A stretch of 64,000 nucleotides of DNA. Origin: Candidatus Kryptoniota bacterium (lineage in GTDB: Bacteria; Bacteroidota; Ignavibacteria; Kryptoniales; JAKASW01). The notes beneath the pieces are model-generated. The model made no database searches. It was not told the DNA's origin and worked only from the letters and a program-made list of their open reading frames with translations. Below, one piece after another: positions 63,964 through 64,000 of the stretch (its first letter is position 1; every line of letters begins with the position of its first letter). Location of the stretch: positions 181-64,180 of the forward strand of contig JBJKQU010000030.1 in the NCBI GenBank assembly GCA_046705025.1, read 5' to 3'. The position numbers were made by a program, and so were the translations under genes.

Positions 63964-64000
63964 TTAGGGGGGTGAGTAATCCTACTTCAGCAGCAACATC

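Noticed and set aside
1-64000. Defence systems, prophage or integrative element content
   Set aside because: I saw no restriction-modification, toxin-antitoxin, Cas or abortive-infection signatures. I also saw no integrase, phage structural gene or att-like duplication at the tRNA-Ala. The only mobile-element-related gene is the RAYT-like ORF.

Overview
This is a 64-kb chromosomal segment, roughly 50-55% GC by eye, from a Gram-negative bacterium of the FCB group. It looks Ignavibacteriota/Bacteroidota-like: it has T9SS C-terminal sorting tails, PorV/PorQ-like barrels, a DUF4835-like protein, a GWxTD protein, a TRL lipoprotein and a CarboxypepD_reg-type TonB-dependent receptor. I support about 55 CDS and one tRNA-Ala(CGC). 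Most genes lie on the minus strand in long strings with overlapping stop/start codons.

Housekeeping content:
- stomatin/NfeD pair, rnhB, yraN, an RqcH-like NFACT protein
- a probably PPi-type pfk, mgsA, RNase G/E, hldD, dprA
- a glmM-like mutase, coaX, birA, def, a UbiD-family decarboxylase, an M1 peptidase, an M50/CBS protease

Most interesting content:
1. A tandem pair of paralogous nonaheme c-type cytochromes, each ending in a T9SS sorting tail and each preceded by a sigma-54-type -24/-12 element. This is a candidate T9SS-exported extracellular electron-transfer module with no porin-cytochrome partner.
2. A five-gene, translationally coupled operon joining a dedicated ECF transporter to an eIF-2B-family sugar-phosphate isomerase.
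3. Two outer-membrane clusters that each pair a small PorV/PorQ-like barrel with a large barrel. One large barrel carries a ComEA-like HhH domain; the other is a TonB-dependent receptor flanked by lipoproteins.
4. A very large phosphorelay cluster: REC, a 1665-aa hybrid kinase, and a REC-kinase.
5. Clusters of short GC-rich hairpin (REP-like) repeats and a RAYT-like HUH transposase.

I saw no CRISPR array, rRNA, prophage or recognisable defence system. All family assignments come from motif recognition by eye. No database search was run, so the start codons I adjusted and the product names below family level are provisional.
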